A DNA stretch of 64,000 bases from Callorhinchus milii. Its lineage: Eukaryota. The position numbers were made by a program, and so were the translations under genes. Location of the stretch: the NCBI RefSeq assembly GCF_018977255.1, contig NW_024704742.1, forward strand, positions 40,240,001 through 40,304,000, written 5' to 3'. The notes beneath the pieces were generated by a model. That model made no database searches and was not told the DNA's origin. It saw only the letters and a program-made list of their open reading frames with translations. Positions 49,942 through 62,706 of this stretch are shown one piece after another. Positions within the stretch are counted from its first letter, which is position 1; each line of letters opens with the position of its first letter.

Positions 49942-51721
49942 CTCACAGGGGTAGAGCGGCAGCATGTCTAGCAGATTCCAGCTCTAGCAACAAAATGGAC
50001 AGCAGTTTAATAGTTAAATTTCCAGGCTGCAATTGATGGCATTTTACGCATCTGTGGAAGTTCATTCAGCCGACAGCGAGTAAAACCGACTGACAGGACA
50101 GCTCATAGCTGATTGAACTCTGCCAGTTTCCTCTGTTACTTACAGCTCAACAGAGAGTGGAATGCAATATCAAACCACATGGCACAGTTCAGATATTGAG
50201 CATAAATGTCAACCTTGCTGATCCAGCTATCCTCACATACTACATTACTAACCAAAATGAACAAACTATACATAGAGGTTAGCTGTGGGTTGAGGAATTT
50301 ATTTATGTATGTGTATGTGTCTGTGGATTCATGGCCCAAAACCATAGTGAGTTATATGTTAGGTTGGTGGAAATTGATTTTTAGTTTTTCTGATTTTTGT
50401 TAAATAATGTCAATAATTATTTAAACAGAATTTGTTTTTTTTCTGATTTTTTAAAATCCATTTTGTTGAAAACAAAAGCAGCCAACTTCCGGGTCGTTAA
50501 GAATCTTCCATGGTTCTACCTAATCTTAATTTAAAATGTTACGGCAAAATAGTCTCATTGGTTAAGATTAGATGGAATTTTGAGCCTGAGGTGAAGAAGG
50601 AAGAATCTACTGATAAAAAGAGGGTTTTAGGATTAACAGATGGAAAGCTGAGCTACTTAGTTAAAAAGTGTTGACATGTATTAGGTCAAGATCAAAGAAA
50701 GAAAGTATCACAAAAGTGCTTGGCAAGTATCAGCCATGGTGCTAGCTTGGCTCTGTCGCTAGCTCTCTTTCCAAAACAATGTCATATCACATAATAATAA
50801 TAATTCATGCATTTGACATAGCACCTTATAAAGTCCATATCACATCATTGAGGCATCTCATGAAGGATTTGAGCTGTCTGGACTAACACTCTAATGCAGT
50901 TCTCGGGCAGCATTGCCACCACAGGTGCCAACCCTTGGAGGAGACATAAAAACAAGGTCCTGTATGTCTGTCCTCAGGTGAATGTTAAATATTCCATGAT
51001 ACTATTTGAAAAGAGAAGGGAATTTCTCCTGGTGTCCTACCCAACAATCATGCAGATAAAAATTGGTCTTTCTGCTCCTGGCTGACTGTGGGACGTGGTA
51101 AGCAGTGAGAATATTAAGATGTAATTTGCACGAATCTTGGTCTGGAGGTTGATCCTGTTGGACCAGAGTTTCAGTGACTGGAAGGAGTGCCAATTTGCTT
51201 TACTTAATTCCTGATAAAGAAATTCAATTAAGAAATACTGTAAATTAGACCTCCAAAATTTGTTTGCAGAACTGAACCCAAACGATGATAAATTTGATAT
51301 TACTAATAATAAGAATTATCCTTGCATTTGATATAATGCCTTATCACATCATTGAGACATTTCAAAGCGCTTCACAGAATATACTGTAAAGCAAATTAAT
51401 ATGATGAAATAATATCTTCTTTTGGTACCACTTTAACAATCAACAATGAATGATCTGACTCCCATCAGCAGGTCTAGATTAGGTACGTTCCAGAAGAATA
51501 CCTCGCTAACTAAAAGGAAGCCATGTTTCAGAGAATAAGTGTTTAAACATTTTAGTTAAATTCATTGATCCTTGGCTTCATATTCATGGATTCTTCTGGG
51601 CATTCAAATAGATTTTCAGCTTGAAGATTCAGGCTAAATGACAGGTCAATATTACTGGATCTTCTATAAACTAAGCACATCAACTGGACCTAATGCCTAA
51701 TCTAATGCAGCAAAAGAAGTG

Positions 51722-52034
51722 AATAATAATCCTTCCTTGCATTTGATATAGTGCTTTTCACGTCTTCTAGACGTCTCAAAGCGCTTCACCGAATATACTG
51801 TAAAGCGAATTGACTATATATTTGTGGGCAGAACATGGCAGCCAATTGCGCACAACAGTGTCCCACAAACAGTCGTGGTTTGAAGTGACCAATTTATTAT
51901 GTTTTTTCTTGAGGGATTATTATCAGGCGTGTGGAGTAAGGAAACTTGCCCAAGGTTTCACCCTATCAGGAATCGAACCCAGGTATTTCGTTCGTGAGGT
52001 ATCTCGCTTTAACCACTGAGCTACAGGATTCCAC
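51722..52034 (-). mobile_element. tRNA-derived SINE, short subfamily (B)
   Basis: Lacks the central block: CCACACGCCT is joined to (G)ATAATAATCCCTC. Confidence 0.92.
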
Positions 52035-54109
52035 TTCTGGTGGTGAATATCACCAGAAGTACTGACATGCACAGGAAAAGATTTAATGACCTGAAAAGAA
52101 TGGTGGAGAGCTGACAACTTTGCGTTGTTTAATACTGAAGGCAGGTAGTCTGTAATTATGGCTTTTGTTATTGTATTTTAATTTCTTTCTTCAATCAGTG
52201 TAAAATAATTTCCTTCAAAATAATTAGTAATAATCCTTGCATTTCATACAGTGCCTTTTCACATTGAGAGAAATATAACTGGCATTTATATAGTGGCCTT
52301 CATGTGGGGTTAGCATCTCAGAGTATTTAACAGTGGCGGAATGTGTCACAGAGCCAGGGAATGTCTCAAAGTGTTTCAAAGGATTCACTGTATAGTATAG
52401 TTATGTTTTTTTTAGGCGAACGTGTAATGGAATGAAATGCAAGCATCTCTTCATGAAGGAGACATAACACTTTGCTTATCTGTTACTGTGTTTATAATGA
52501 GGGTTGGTAGGCTGATTTTGATCCCGGGTAAATGACGATGTGGAGCCTGATCCATATTTTCATTGTAAGTAGAGAACACAAGTTTCTCTAAGGAGGGAAA
52601 AAATGTGTAACATTTGCAACTCCTACCAGGAACTGTATGTGACTGACTCAGAAATCCATTCCAATGCTTTTTTCTGGCACTGAGCTGACAGTTATGCTGC
52701 CATTTTACCGATAAGCACTTTTATAACCCCATTGCTCTTGTCTAATGAGAATTGATGGCTGCCAATGTGAGAAGCAGATTCGAAAACTGTAGTGACCAAA
52801 CCAGTCTAAATTAACAGTCACAGGAGAAAGAGGGGGCATCATTTAGTGCAGTAGTTGCACATTCTGTTGCTTGGTAAGGTAACGCACTGACAAGTTGGCT
52901 GGTAAAGATAACAACAATACTTGCATTTGATATAGGTTCTTATTGCATCATTGAGATGTCTCAAAGTGTTTCACAATATTTTACTGTAAAGTATAGTGGC
53001 TGTGTATTTGTAGATGAATGTGGCAACCGATTTGTGCGCGGCAATGTCCCACAAACAACATTAAAGTGAATGACCAATTGTATCTGGGAGATTGTTGGCC
53101 AAGACACACTAAAACAGAAACAGTAGATGGGATTGAGAATGATTCATGATGAATTCATGATCCTTGCTGCAAACTCGTCTTGAACATACAAAGAATTTGT
53201 GTTGTAACACATGTCTAGAAGACTGTCATTAGAACATTTGCCAACATGATACAACAACCCATGAACTGGATTGTTGATGATGAAACCAATTATTTATATC
53301 CACAAACCTTTACCTATAATCATCATACATAGTTTATACCTGGAAAGCAGATAAGAAAATATGAAAGAAGCTTGACATATCCTTTTTCTTTTGTTGTGGC
53401 TTCACACTGCCTAAAGCGGAAAACATAAAGAAAGGTTACAATAACGGATTGATTCTGCTTCTGACTGAACCTCTCTGCTAATTCACTGCACCTTTCACCT
53501 ACAAAGCTTTTTAAAGATAATTCCAGATAAACGTTCTGTGTGTAAGGTGTATTCACAAATCTGTATTAATGCCGTCAATTGCTGCATAAAGATCAAAGTG
53601 CTTCAAATGGAAAGAAGGAAGTAGAGTTCAACCAACTGTTTGGTCATTTGGGATTATTTTTTATAAAACTCACAGATCAAATGAAACAATATAAAATTGA
53701 ATACAATAATGGGGATGACAAGTCAGGTTCTCTGTGCAACGGAATATAAGAAAATCCACAAATCTGTTCAAAATTTATATCTTCAAGACATTCAAATGAT
53801 ATTTGTACATTTTGTATTTGCTGTGGAGTATACACAAAACACACTGGAACACACTCAGTCTCCCAGTACTTGTAGTAATTAATTAATTGTAGTAATTAAT
53901 TGCTCTGCGCAATTTGCTGTAGTATTTCACCCACAAATGCACAGTCACTCCACTTTACAATATATTCTGTGAAGCACTTTGAGACATCTCAACAACGTGA
54001 TAAGACATATCAAATGTGAGGATTATTATTATTATTATTATTAATAATACTGTAGTTACCAGAAGGAGTCCCCACTTGGATTTCTTAATTAAGAAATTCT
54101 GCTTGAATT

Positions 54110-54438
54110 GTGGAGTCCTGTAGCTCAGTGGTTAGAGCACTCGCTTTGCAAGTGAGAGACCTGAGTTCAATTCCAGGCAGAGGGCGAAACCTTAGGCAAG
54201 TTTCCTTACTCCACACGCCTAATAATAATCCCTCCAAAACCAAAGACAATAATAAATTGGTCATTTTCAATCTACGACTGTTTGTGGGACATTGCTGTGC
54301 GCAATTGGCTGCTGCGTTCGCCCACAAATATACAGTCAATTCACTTTACAGTGTGTTTTGTGAAGCGCTTTGGGACGTCCTCCCGACGTGAAAAGCGCTA
54401 TATCAAATGCAAGGATTATTATTATTATTATTATTATT
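54110..54438 (+). mobile_element. tRNA-derived SINE, subfamily B, young
   Basis: Intact A and B boxes; tail GCTTTGGGACGTCCTCCCGACGTGAAAAGCGCTATATCAAATGCAAGG(ATT)n. Confidence 0.95.
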
Positions 54439-54957
54439 GAAACCAACTTGAAACTTTCCACTTCAATCCCTTTGCTTTGCTCCCTATTGCTTTTGATAAC
54501 ATCTGAAGACCTTCCTCTTCGACCATGCCTAATGTCACCTCCCCTCTCCCCAACTTGGTGTCAACCTCTGCCACTGTTAAATGTTCTGAGACACTGCCCT
54601 GCACGAGGGCATAACATTAATATTTGTTGTTGTATAGAAACAGGAAGATCTGAGCTTTGTTTGAAATTGCCCGTTACTACAACAACAAATTATTAAAGCC
54701 AACCTCTATTCGGAAGCTAGTTTTTAAATACTGTAGTTCCTAAAAACAATGGTCTTAGAAATTAAGATGGAATTGAAGAACTTTCCATACTTCTGAATAA
54801 TCTTAAAATTTAAGACAACATTATCTTATAGGATAGGGACAAAGTAGAGGTTTGGGACTACTTTTCTTAAATAGTATTGTCCGTGAAGCAATATTAGATT
54901 CCAGCTCTCACCTTCCAGTACTTAATTATTGTTTTTTTGATCCCTATTGGTGGCCAG

Positions 54958-55280
54958 ATAATAATAATAATAATAATCCTTGCATTTGATATAGCGCTTT
55001 TCACGTCGGGAGGACGTCCCAAAGCGCTTCACAGAACACACTGTAAAGTGAGTTGACTGTCTATTTGTGGGCGAACGCGGCAGCCAATTGCGCACAGCAA
55101 TGTCCCACAAACAGTCGTAGATTGAAAATGACCAATTTATTATTGTTTTTGGTTTTGGAGGGATTATTATTAGGCGTGTGGAATAAGGAAACTTGCCCAA
55201 GGTTTCAGCCTGTCTGGAATTGAACCCAAGTGTCTCGCTTGCAAAGCGAGTGCTCTAACCACTGAGCTACAGGACTCCAC
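54958..55280 (-). mobile_element. tRNA-derived SINE, subfamily B, young
   Basis: Closely matching reverse complement of 54110-54438. Confidence 0.95.
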
Positions 55281-56619
55281 AAATGAACAGCAACAGCAGC
55301 CTTGGCTAATTGCCCTCTTCCTCATCGCAAACACGTGAGATCAATTGAAGTGTCCCTAATGCCACCCCGGCTGAGGTTAGCACAGAATTTAGATGCAACT
55401 CAAGAACTTCCACACTGCAAGGCTCACCAGGTAAACCCACTGAACCAATAGGGGGTGCAATGATCCATTTTAGTCTTAACTTTAATGAGAAATGCCAAGT
55501 GAGTCAGGCGGATGCCACTTTCAACAAAGGGACTGAAACGTTTAATGAACATTCCGTTCTGTACAATGAATTTTTAATGACTTTAATTGAGAATTATATA
55601 TAGCAAATCAGCTCTGTAGCAATAGTCTTTAATGATATTATAATGCACCCTTTATCTTTATCACATTACTTTTGAGGACTATTATACAACTACTGTGGAA
55701 TTAGTTGTGCTCAGAGCTCTTTAAAAAGATTATATTATACCCGCATCTCCATTACTTACCTAAAGGATTAATCTACCATACACTTGATTCAGCTGCATTG
55801 TATTACTTATTTCATAATGACTTGATTTTTATTCAGTAGTGACAGAGGTTCAGATCATTACCAACATCTTATCAACTCTCTTCCACCTCTAGAATTTCAG
55901 AGGATTTTATATCTTGTGGCAATGAATAGTCTCAGGTCACAATGTTCTTAATTGCCAGCACTTTCAGTCCACATATATCAACAGGCTTGTCATATTTTTT
56001 TTAAAACAGAAACCAAGTAATGAGAAAGATTATTTGCTTTATTAGTGTTAAACAATCCGGTGGGCAGAGAAAGAGAAAGAAAAAATTGGCTGTGCACAAT
56101 TGGCTGCAACGTTTCGCCCACAAAATATATAGTCAATTCACTTTACAGTATGTCATGTGAAGAGCTTTGAGACGTCTCAAAGACATGATAAGGCACTATA
56201 TCAAATGTAAAGGTTATTTATATTTATGTAAAAAAAAACATAAACAACACGGCCTTGTTGCTGTTTTACCAAACACTTGAGGAAAGACATGACCTTGACA
56301 TACACTGCCACATGTGTCAAGAACACCATTCATTCTTCAGGAAGCCTTATGGAAAAGTACAGTGTGCCCTCTGCAAATAATTAACTCCTGTGTTTTATCA
56401 GATCATGTTTGACAAAGACACCGGACCTTTGCGGGAAGTGCTTTAAATAACATAAGGACGAATGATAATCTCTGAAATCTATCCCACCCACCAGCAGCAA
56501 CTTCTCATCTCTCTGTTCCAGACCAGAAATATCTTCTCCCTCTGCTAGCTGCTTCTCTTCAGCTGCAGGGGATGTATCTGTTATGTTATTAATTCAAGTG
56601 TCGATGAAGATGAATGACT

Positions 56620-57150
56620 TCAATTCAAAGTACAAATCAAAAGAGGTTATCTTGAGGCTGTATAAAACCCCATCCGGAGAAAAGTGAACATAGTTCTGGT
56701 CATTTAATCTTAGGATGGATATTATTGCTCTTGAGAAGGTATAAAAAGTGAGCAACCCAGAAATACTAGGTATTGAGAATTCAAGTTACAAAGCAAAGTT
56801 GGGCAAAGTTGGGCCTATATTTGTTGGAAAATAGGAAACTTCAAGGTGAACGTCTTGATTGATGTTTTCAAGATCGTGAAGAGGATTGAGAACACAGGCT
56901 CAGGAAAATTATTTGCTGTGGGAAAGGGTTCAATATTGACCAATTTATAGTTGAAAACGAACAGGTTAAAAGTAAGACAGACAGAACTTTTCTTCCTCAA
57001 AGGTTAATAGATTTGTGGAATAGGTTAACAGAGAAGGCTTTGAAGTAGACAGTACAAATGTGTTGCAGCGGCAGGCAGATACATTTCTAGAAAAAGAAAG
57101 GATTAAGGGATAGGTATCCTTAGGAATTATCAAAGCCAGATGGGCTTGTT
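56620..57150 (+). mobile_element. Ancient CR1/L3-like 3' fragment
   Basis: YKSKEVILRLYKT..., DIIALEKV and LIDVFKIVK segments; GGATTAAGGGATA near the 3' end. Confidence 0.7.
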
Positions 57151-60100
57151 AACCCCAGTGAATTTATCTTGCCCCCATCCCACGCTCCCTCCACAAATTG
57201 TATCTTCTTAATCCTTTCTTTCATTTTTGCCGATAAAAAAATTAAGTTGCAAAATCAGTAATTCTGTTCAAATGTGTGGTAGAAATATGGAATACAATGT
57301 GTTATTAAATGACCAATTCCCCTCCCCCTATCATTTCAGCACCTCTCCCTTCCACCACCACCCCTTGTCCCCCACCCCACACAGCCTCAGCACAGTAATA
57401 ATAGACTGAGGAAATCTCTGATTGAAACCCCTATTTTTAGGCCGAAAAGTGCCATTCTACCCCATAGATCAAGAAACCAAATCAATAACGCTTTTAACGA
57501 ATTTCTGCCTGAGTGACGGTTGAACCAATATAGTTCAGTGGAGGATATTTAAAGAGCCAGCCGTGTGCTAGTTTCTTTGTTAGTTTACGCCAGTGAAAAT
57601 AAAGAAAAAGCTTTTGCCATTCAATATCACTTTATTTGTTTCTTTGCTTGCTTCCCAGCATTTGTAATATCTTTCACTGAGTTGTATAGCTTCTGCCATC
57701 ATCCAAGCACAAAAATCTGTAAAAACTATTTCTTTCATTTTCTGATAACTATCAATATTTATCACAAGGACGGGATTATCAAAATTTTACCCAACAGAAG
57801 CTTTGCTCCCTCCATACATTTAAAACTGACATGAATTCGATGCTTCTGTTTGCAGACAATATTGTGTTGCTGGTGGACCAACCTGGGAACCTTTTGCATT
57901 GCATTGGCCATCTTTAACACTGTACCACGTTGATGGGTATCCCCCAGAAGTGGAATCATAGATCTGCATATGCATGGCTCAAGAGAAGAATTCAAGGTCA
58001 ATGATAGACAAATGTTAATTATTGTTGAATAATCAGCACAGAAGGAGGCCATTCAGCCTATAAAAGCTATATATATCTGGCAAAGTACAAAGTCCTGGCA
58101 AAATACACAATTCTGTCTTCACATGAGATGAAAATGCCTTGCCCTTGATACGCTAAAAGAGCAGATTCTGATTGTATTAGCGTTGCTGGAGGTTGTGTTA
58201 TCAAGAAAGCATTGCTGGGTTGGAAACTCAATGGTCATATTTAGTGTAATAACTTGGGTTGAGTACTTCAAAAGGCTCCATGTAATGAAAGGAATAAACA
58301 GAACGTTGCAATTATTCTTGGTGAGCATGGCTGTTCTGGTGGAATTTTGTTTAAACCTGTTATTTTCAAGTTAACTTTAGTAGCACATTGACCTTTTAGT
58401 TCTGTGGGCAATATCGGGTCAAAATAATGCCCCGATTGTGTGGTAACCAGTAGGTGGTTTATTTTTTACCCTCAAGCAAATGTAGACTTGGACACAGGAG
58501 TGAGAAAATTCCCACTGGCAATAAGAAGGTGTAAAAATGTATGAATACTAACTAGAAAGGTCTTCAGCTGAACAACAGAGCTAATAGACAAAGTTTAATC
58601 AGACAAAAACTTGTGAGAAATGGTACACAATAAAACTAGTTTCCAGATTACCAGAAATTCAGGAATGTCTGGCTTGCAAGACAGAAATTCAAGGCTGTTT
58701 TAAGTGTTTAACTGCATGATTTTGTGATAGGTCAGCTTGCAATAGGCAGATAAAATCCAGAATGATTCCTAAATAATGAGCAGTGCTATTTGAAGATATA
58801 AAACGCAGCTCTGAGAATCCGTATAATAACACTCCCGCATCGAGTCTGATGCAAATTGGTTTTTCATTCCACACTTACACCTCTCACACACAACGATTTT
58901 TCTTCTCAGTATAATTTAGAATCCATTTGGTAATCTGGCCCCCAGAGAAACAAACACATAACTAAGATGCTGTGTGGGCAACACATCCCATAATGCCCTA
59001 GGTTATAAAGGGATTGGAATAAAATAATGATCATGATATTATTAATAAATTGTGCTGCAAACCTCCATATTATCAAATTTTTCTTATGTCATTTTTCAAG
59101 GCATAGTGGCCACAAGTAAGATCAATCTGTAGAGTTTGAATTCTCGTGGGCTTATTCAGCCCTTCACTTCTCAGATGTCAATAAAATGAGCACAATGTCT
59201 AAATGTATCTGGGAGAACTGTTAGTAGGGTTTCCACGGGGACTGAAATGGCTCAGAAAAGACCTGGCAAAAGCAAAGCAGCTTCAGGAAACTAAGGCAAC
59301 CTACAGTGTAGATAGGTCCTCAACACTGGAAAATAGAGGCCTATCAGGTAGATTGGACTTGGCTAGATAAGTATTGCCCTGCAAGGTTACCCATTCATTT
59401 CAATTCAAAGACAAAAATCAGTCTCGGATAAACCTATGCATCTCACCCATGGTCCATTACATACCTTACAATTACAAGATTACTTATTATGTTATTGTGC
59501 TACTGGAGAGTGAGGATAATGTGAACTGCATCACTGCATTGAGTGTTTCATTGCATTGGGACGTCCTCCTGACGTGAAAGGCGCTTTATAAATGGAATCT
59601 TGTTGTTGTGTTGTTGTTGTTGTTTCACACAAAAACACACCAATGGAATCAATTTAAATTGCCTTTAAGTCTCCTGCACAAAATCCATAGATTTTGAAAG
59701 ATAAAACCACAATTTTTAGTAATCTGAATATTCATTTCAAGGGAAAAGATGCTTCCAGGCACCAATGATTGCAGAAAGGAGATATTTTACTTCCCGCAAA
59801 GTCTCTTGTTCAGCAGCTTCCACTGTATCTATGCAAATAAACATAATAAATTCACAACTTTTATTTTGGGTGTCATTTATTAAGGTAGATTATGGTAAAT
59901 TTACATTTAGAATTGTTTTAATTTGTAGGATATGCAGATATAAATCAGTCGGTTGTGATTTTATTAATAATACATAAAGAGCAGGTTGGATTCAATCAAA
60001 GAGCCTTAGTTAAGTCAATGTATAACAGAAGATATTCCTTTCTCCATGCAAATAGGATTGATTAGGTTAGAGAAGAAGTAATGTCTCTGTTCCCATTCTA

Positions 60101-60669
60101 ATTAAATAATCTACTATATTTCCTCTGTTCCTCCAGGATTTCTGAGAGTTTGTATTATTTATGTTCTTAAACTCCTATTGAATGCTTTTCTGCTCCAAAT
60201 GCTCCATTAGAGTATGTGCTAAGCACTACTCTCTGCTAATATATTTTTTAAAAATATTTTATCACGATATGAATAAATCTAATACAATTTTAAAAGTATA
60301 AATAGTATAACATTTATAAATGTAAAATGAAATTATAATCTTTATAAAATTGCATTACCGTTATTTATAAGAACACATTAAAACAAAATTCTGTGATCAA
60401 GGGGGAGCAATGCCAAGCCCATAACAAATATGCTACATGGAAGATAAGGAGGAGAAAAACATTTTGCTGCCTCTCACATTTTTATTGCTCACCTGCTGCA
60501 GATAATGACTTTATTCATTCTGAGGTATGGTTGTGCACACACACACCAGAAGGCCTGCAATACCTTATCGAGGTGGTCATGTTTAGCATGGTTGGCGGGG
60601 TCAAACATATGGTGTTTCTCAACAGTTTTGAGGGCCAAAATTCCACTTACACCTGGCCATGAGAGATAG

Positions 60670-60840
60670 TTCTGTCTTGAAATTTAAGATTGCGCAGAGC
60701 TGTGGAATATTCTTACATCCCGTCTTAATTTAGCAGTAGATTTTTTGAAGTTCTTAAAAGAAACAGCAACCAAATTAAGTTTGAATTTAAGAATTTTCCA
60801 CAATTCTGTGTGATATAAAATTTTAACTAGGCAGAATTTC
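60670..60840. mobile_element. Fold-back MITE copy
   Basis: TGTGGAATATTCTTA...GTCTTAATTT / CCAAATTAAGTTTGAATTTAAGAATTTTCCACA. Confidence 0.65.
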
Positions 60841-61694
60841 ATATACAGTATTGCCCTTCATGTAGGATAGTGTCTCGGAGTACTGTACAGAGGAGGAATA
60901 GGACACCAAGCAAGCGAAAAGGGAGAGAGTGAGATGACCATAGACAATGACAATTTCCAAATCATTGATGCAATAGAAAACAATAAAAATTGTAACATAG
61001 ACCTTTGAAATGCATTTAACTGCCTCTAGCCCATAGCTGAAACATACATTTACCTCTTTTTCTCTGACTTCTATCTTTTAGGTATGGCTTTATTCTTGCT
61101 TTAAAAAATTACCTTTAATGTTTTCAGCCAGTCTTAGATGGCAACTTATCAGATGCGTGCTGAAACATCCCTTTATGTACACATACTATGCCTTCCTCAA
61201 AAAATTCAATCAAAATAGTTAAACATAACCTGCGCTTTCCAAATCCATTCTGATCTCCTAATTTAATCCCCGTCTTTCTAAGCATTCACAAATTATATTT
61301 TGTACTTGAGGTCACTAGAAGTTTATCTCCTGTATCATATCATGTTATTTCCTTCCAACACATCAATACTATTCTGGAGCTTTTGGAAAACAGTTTTAAA
61401 TTCAATCTTAAATTTGAAGCCAATATTCCGCAGTTCATCATCAGTACTAAGGGCAAATCATTTTCAAAATTAAAAGAGAAATTAACCCTTTCAAAAATTC
61501 CACTTAGTGTTACATTTTAAGGCTGCAACCAACCATGAAAAATGGCCCTCTGATGTACTGACTCAGAAGCAGATTGGAAACATATTCAGATTAAGCCTTC
61601 AGCCACCTTGCTTCTGACCCCTGAACTCTCTTCCGAAACTCTGCTCAGTGTGCATCACTATAATTATTAAGTGCTATGAGATATTCTTCTATTT

Positions 61695-62000
61695 AACAAT
61701 AATAATAATCCTTACATTTGATACAGCGCCTTATCACATCTAGGCATCTCAAAGCGCTTCACAGAATATACTGTAAAGCGAATTGACTGTATATTTGTGA
61801 GCGAAACGCGGCAGCCAATTGCACACAGCAGTGTCCCACAAACAGTCGTGGATTGAAGTGACCAATTCATTATTGTTTTTTTTCTTGAGGGATTATTATC
61901 AGGCGTGTGGAGTAAGGAAACTTGCCCAAGGTTTCACCCTGCTGGGAATCAAACCCAGGTCTCCCGCTTGTGAGGCAAGTGCTCTAACCACTGAGCTAGA
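61695..62000 (-). mobile_element. tRNA-derived SINE, subfamily B
   Basis: Closely matches 51722-52034. Confidence 0.92.
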
Positions 62001-62706
62001 GATCTCTACATTTGAAAGGCAATATATAAATGCAAGCTGTTATTAGTGAAGAATATGTACTCAACAGGACAAAACAGTACAGTGCCGTTAAATCAAATGT
62101 CAATTTGAAGGCAGTGGTATATAAAATGAACACCATGTGAATGCTGACGTACTAATAAAGCATGAAATACTATACTTAAATTAAGTGGCAAAGGAAGCTG
62201 CATCTCCATACTATTTTTTTTTATCTGGATTGACTGGAGAACCAATCACATAAGTGGACATCATTAAAAAAGGGACTAACAGGCATGCTTTGAATATAAC
62301 TTGCTAGATTGAACGCACAGGCTTTTGATATGCATGGTTTTGCTGTAAATTACATTTAAACCAGCATGAAAATTTTGCTTCCAAAAGATTACCTTTACGT
62401 GCTTAAGCTGCGGTTCCAATTTATTTTTTTCAAGAAGGTGTTTCGATTTTATCCAGATTAACTTGTGATACTCTGAGATGTGAATAAAACAAAGTGTTTT
62501 TTCATCTCGGAAAAGTGATAGGTTTTCCCTCGGTTGGAAACATTAAACTCAACACAAAGCAGTGTACAGTTTGAGCATGACTTCACCTTATAACATGGTG
62601 AAAGTATCAAAATAATAGTCCTGGTTTACCTTACACTCTGCTCTCAACTTCAGAAGCTCTGCCGTCTGGGAAATCGTTGCCTGTGGAATGCCACAGAACA
62701 TGGATG

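Noticed and set aside
53314..53365. 26-nt minus-strand micro-exon (TTTCCAG|...ATAG|GTAAAG)
   Set aside because: Not frame-preserving, no partner exons found, and such signals arise by chance in 64 kb
59090..59330. Additional ancient SINE (CAGCCCTTCAC...GTCAATAAAATGAGCAC)
   Set aside because: Only a short motif resemblance and a single copy in the window; boundaries cannot be supported
60235..60390. Extremely AT-rich tract as an origin or matrix attachment region
   Set aside because: Composition alone gives no functional evidence
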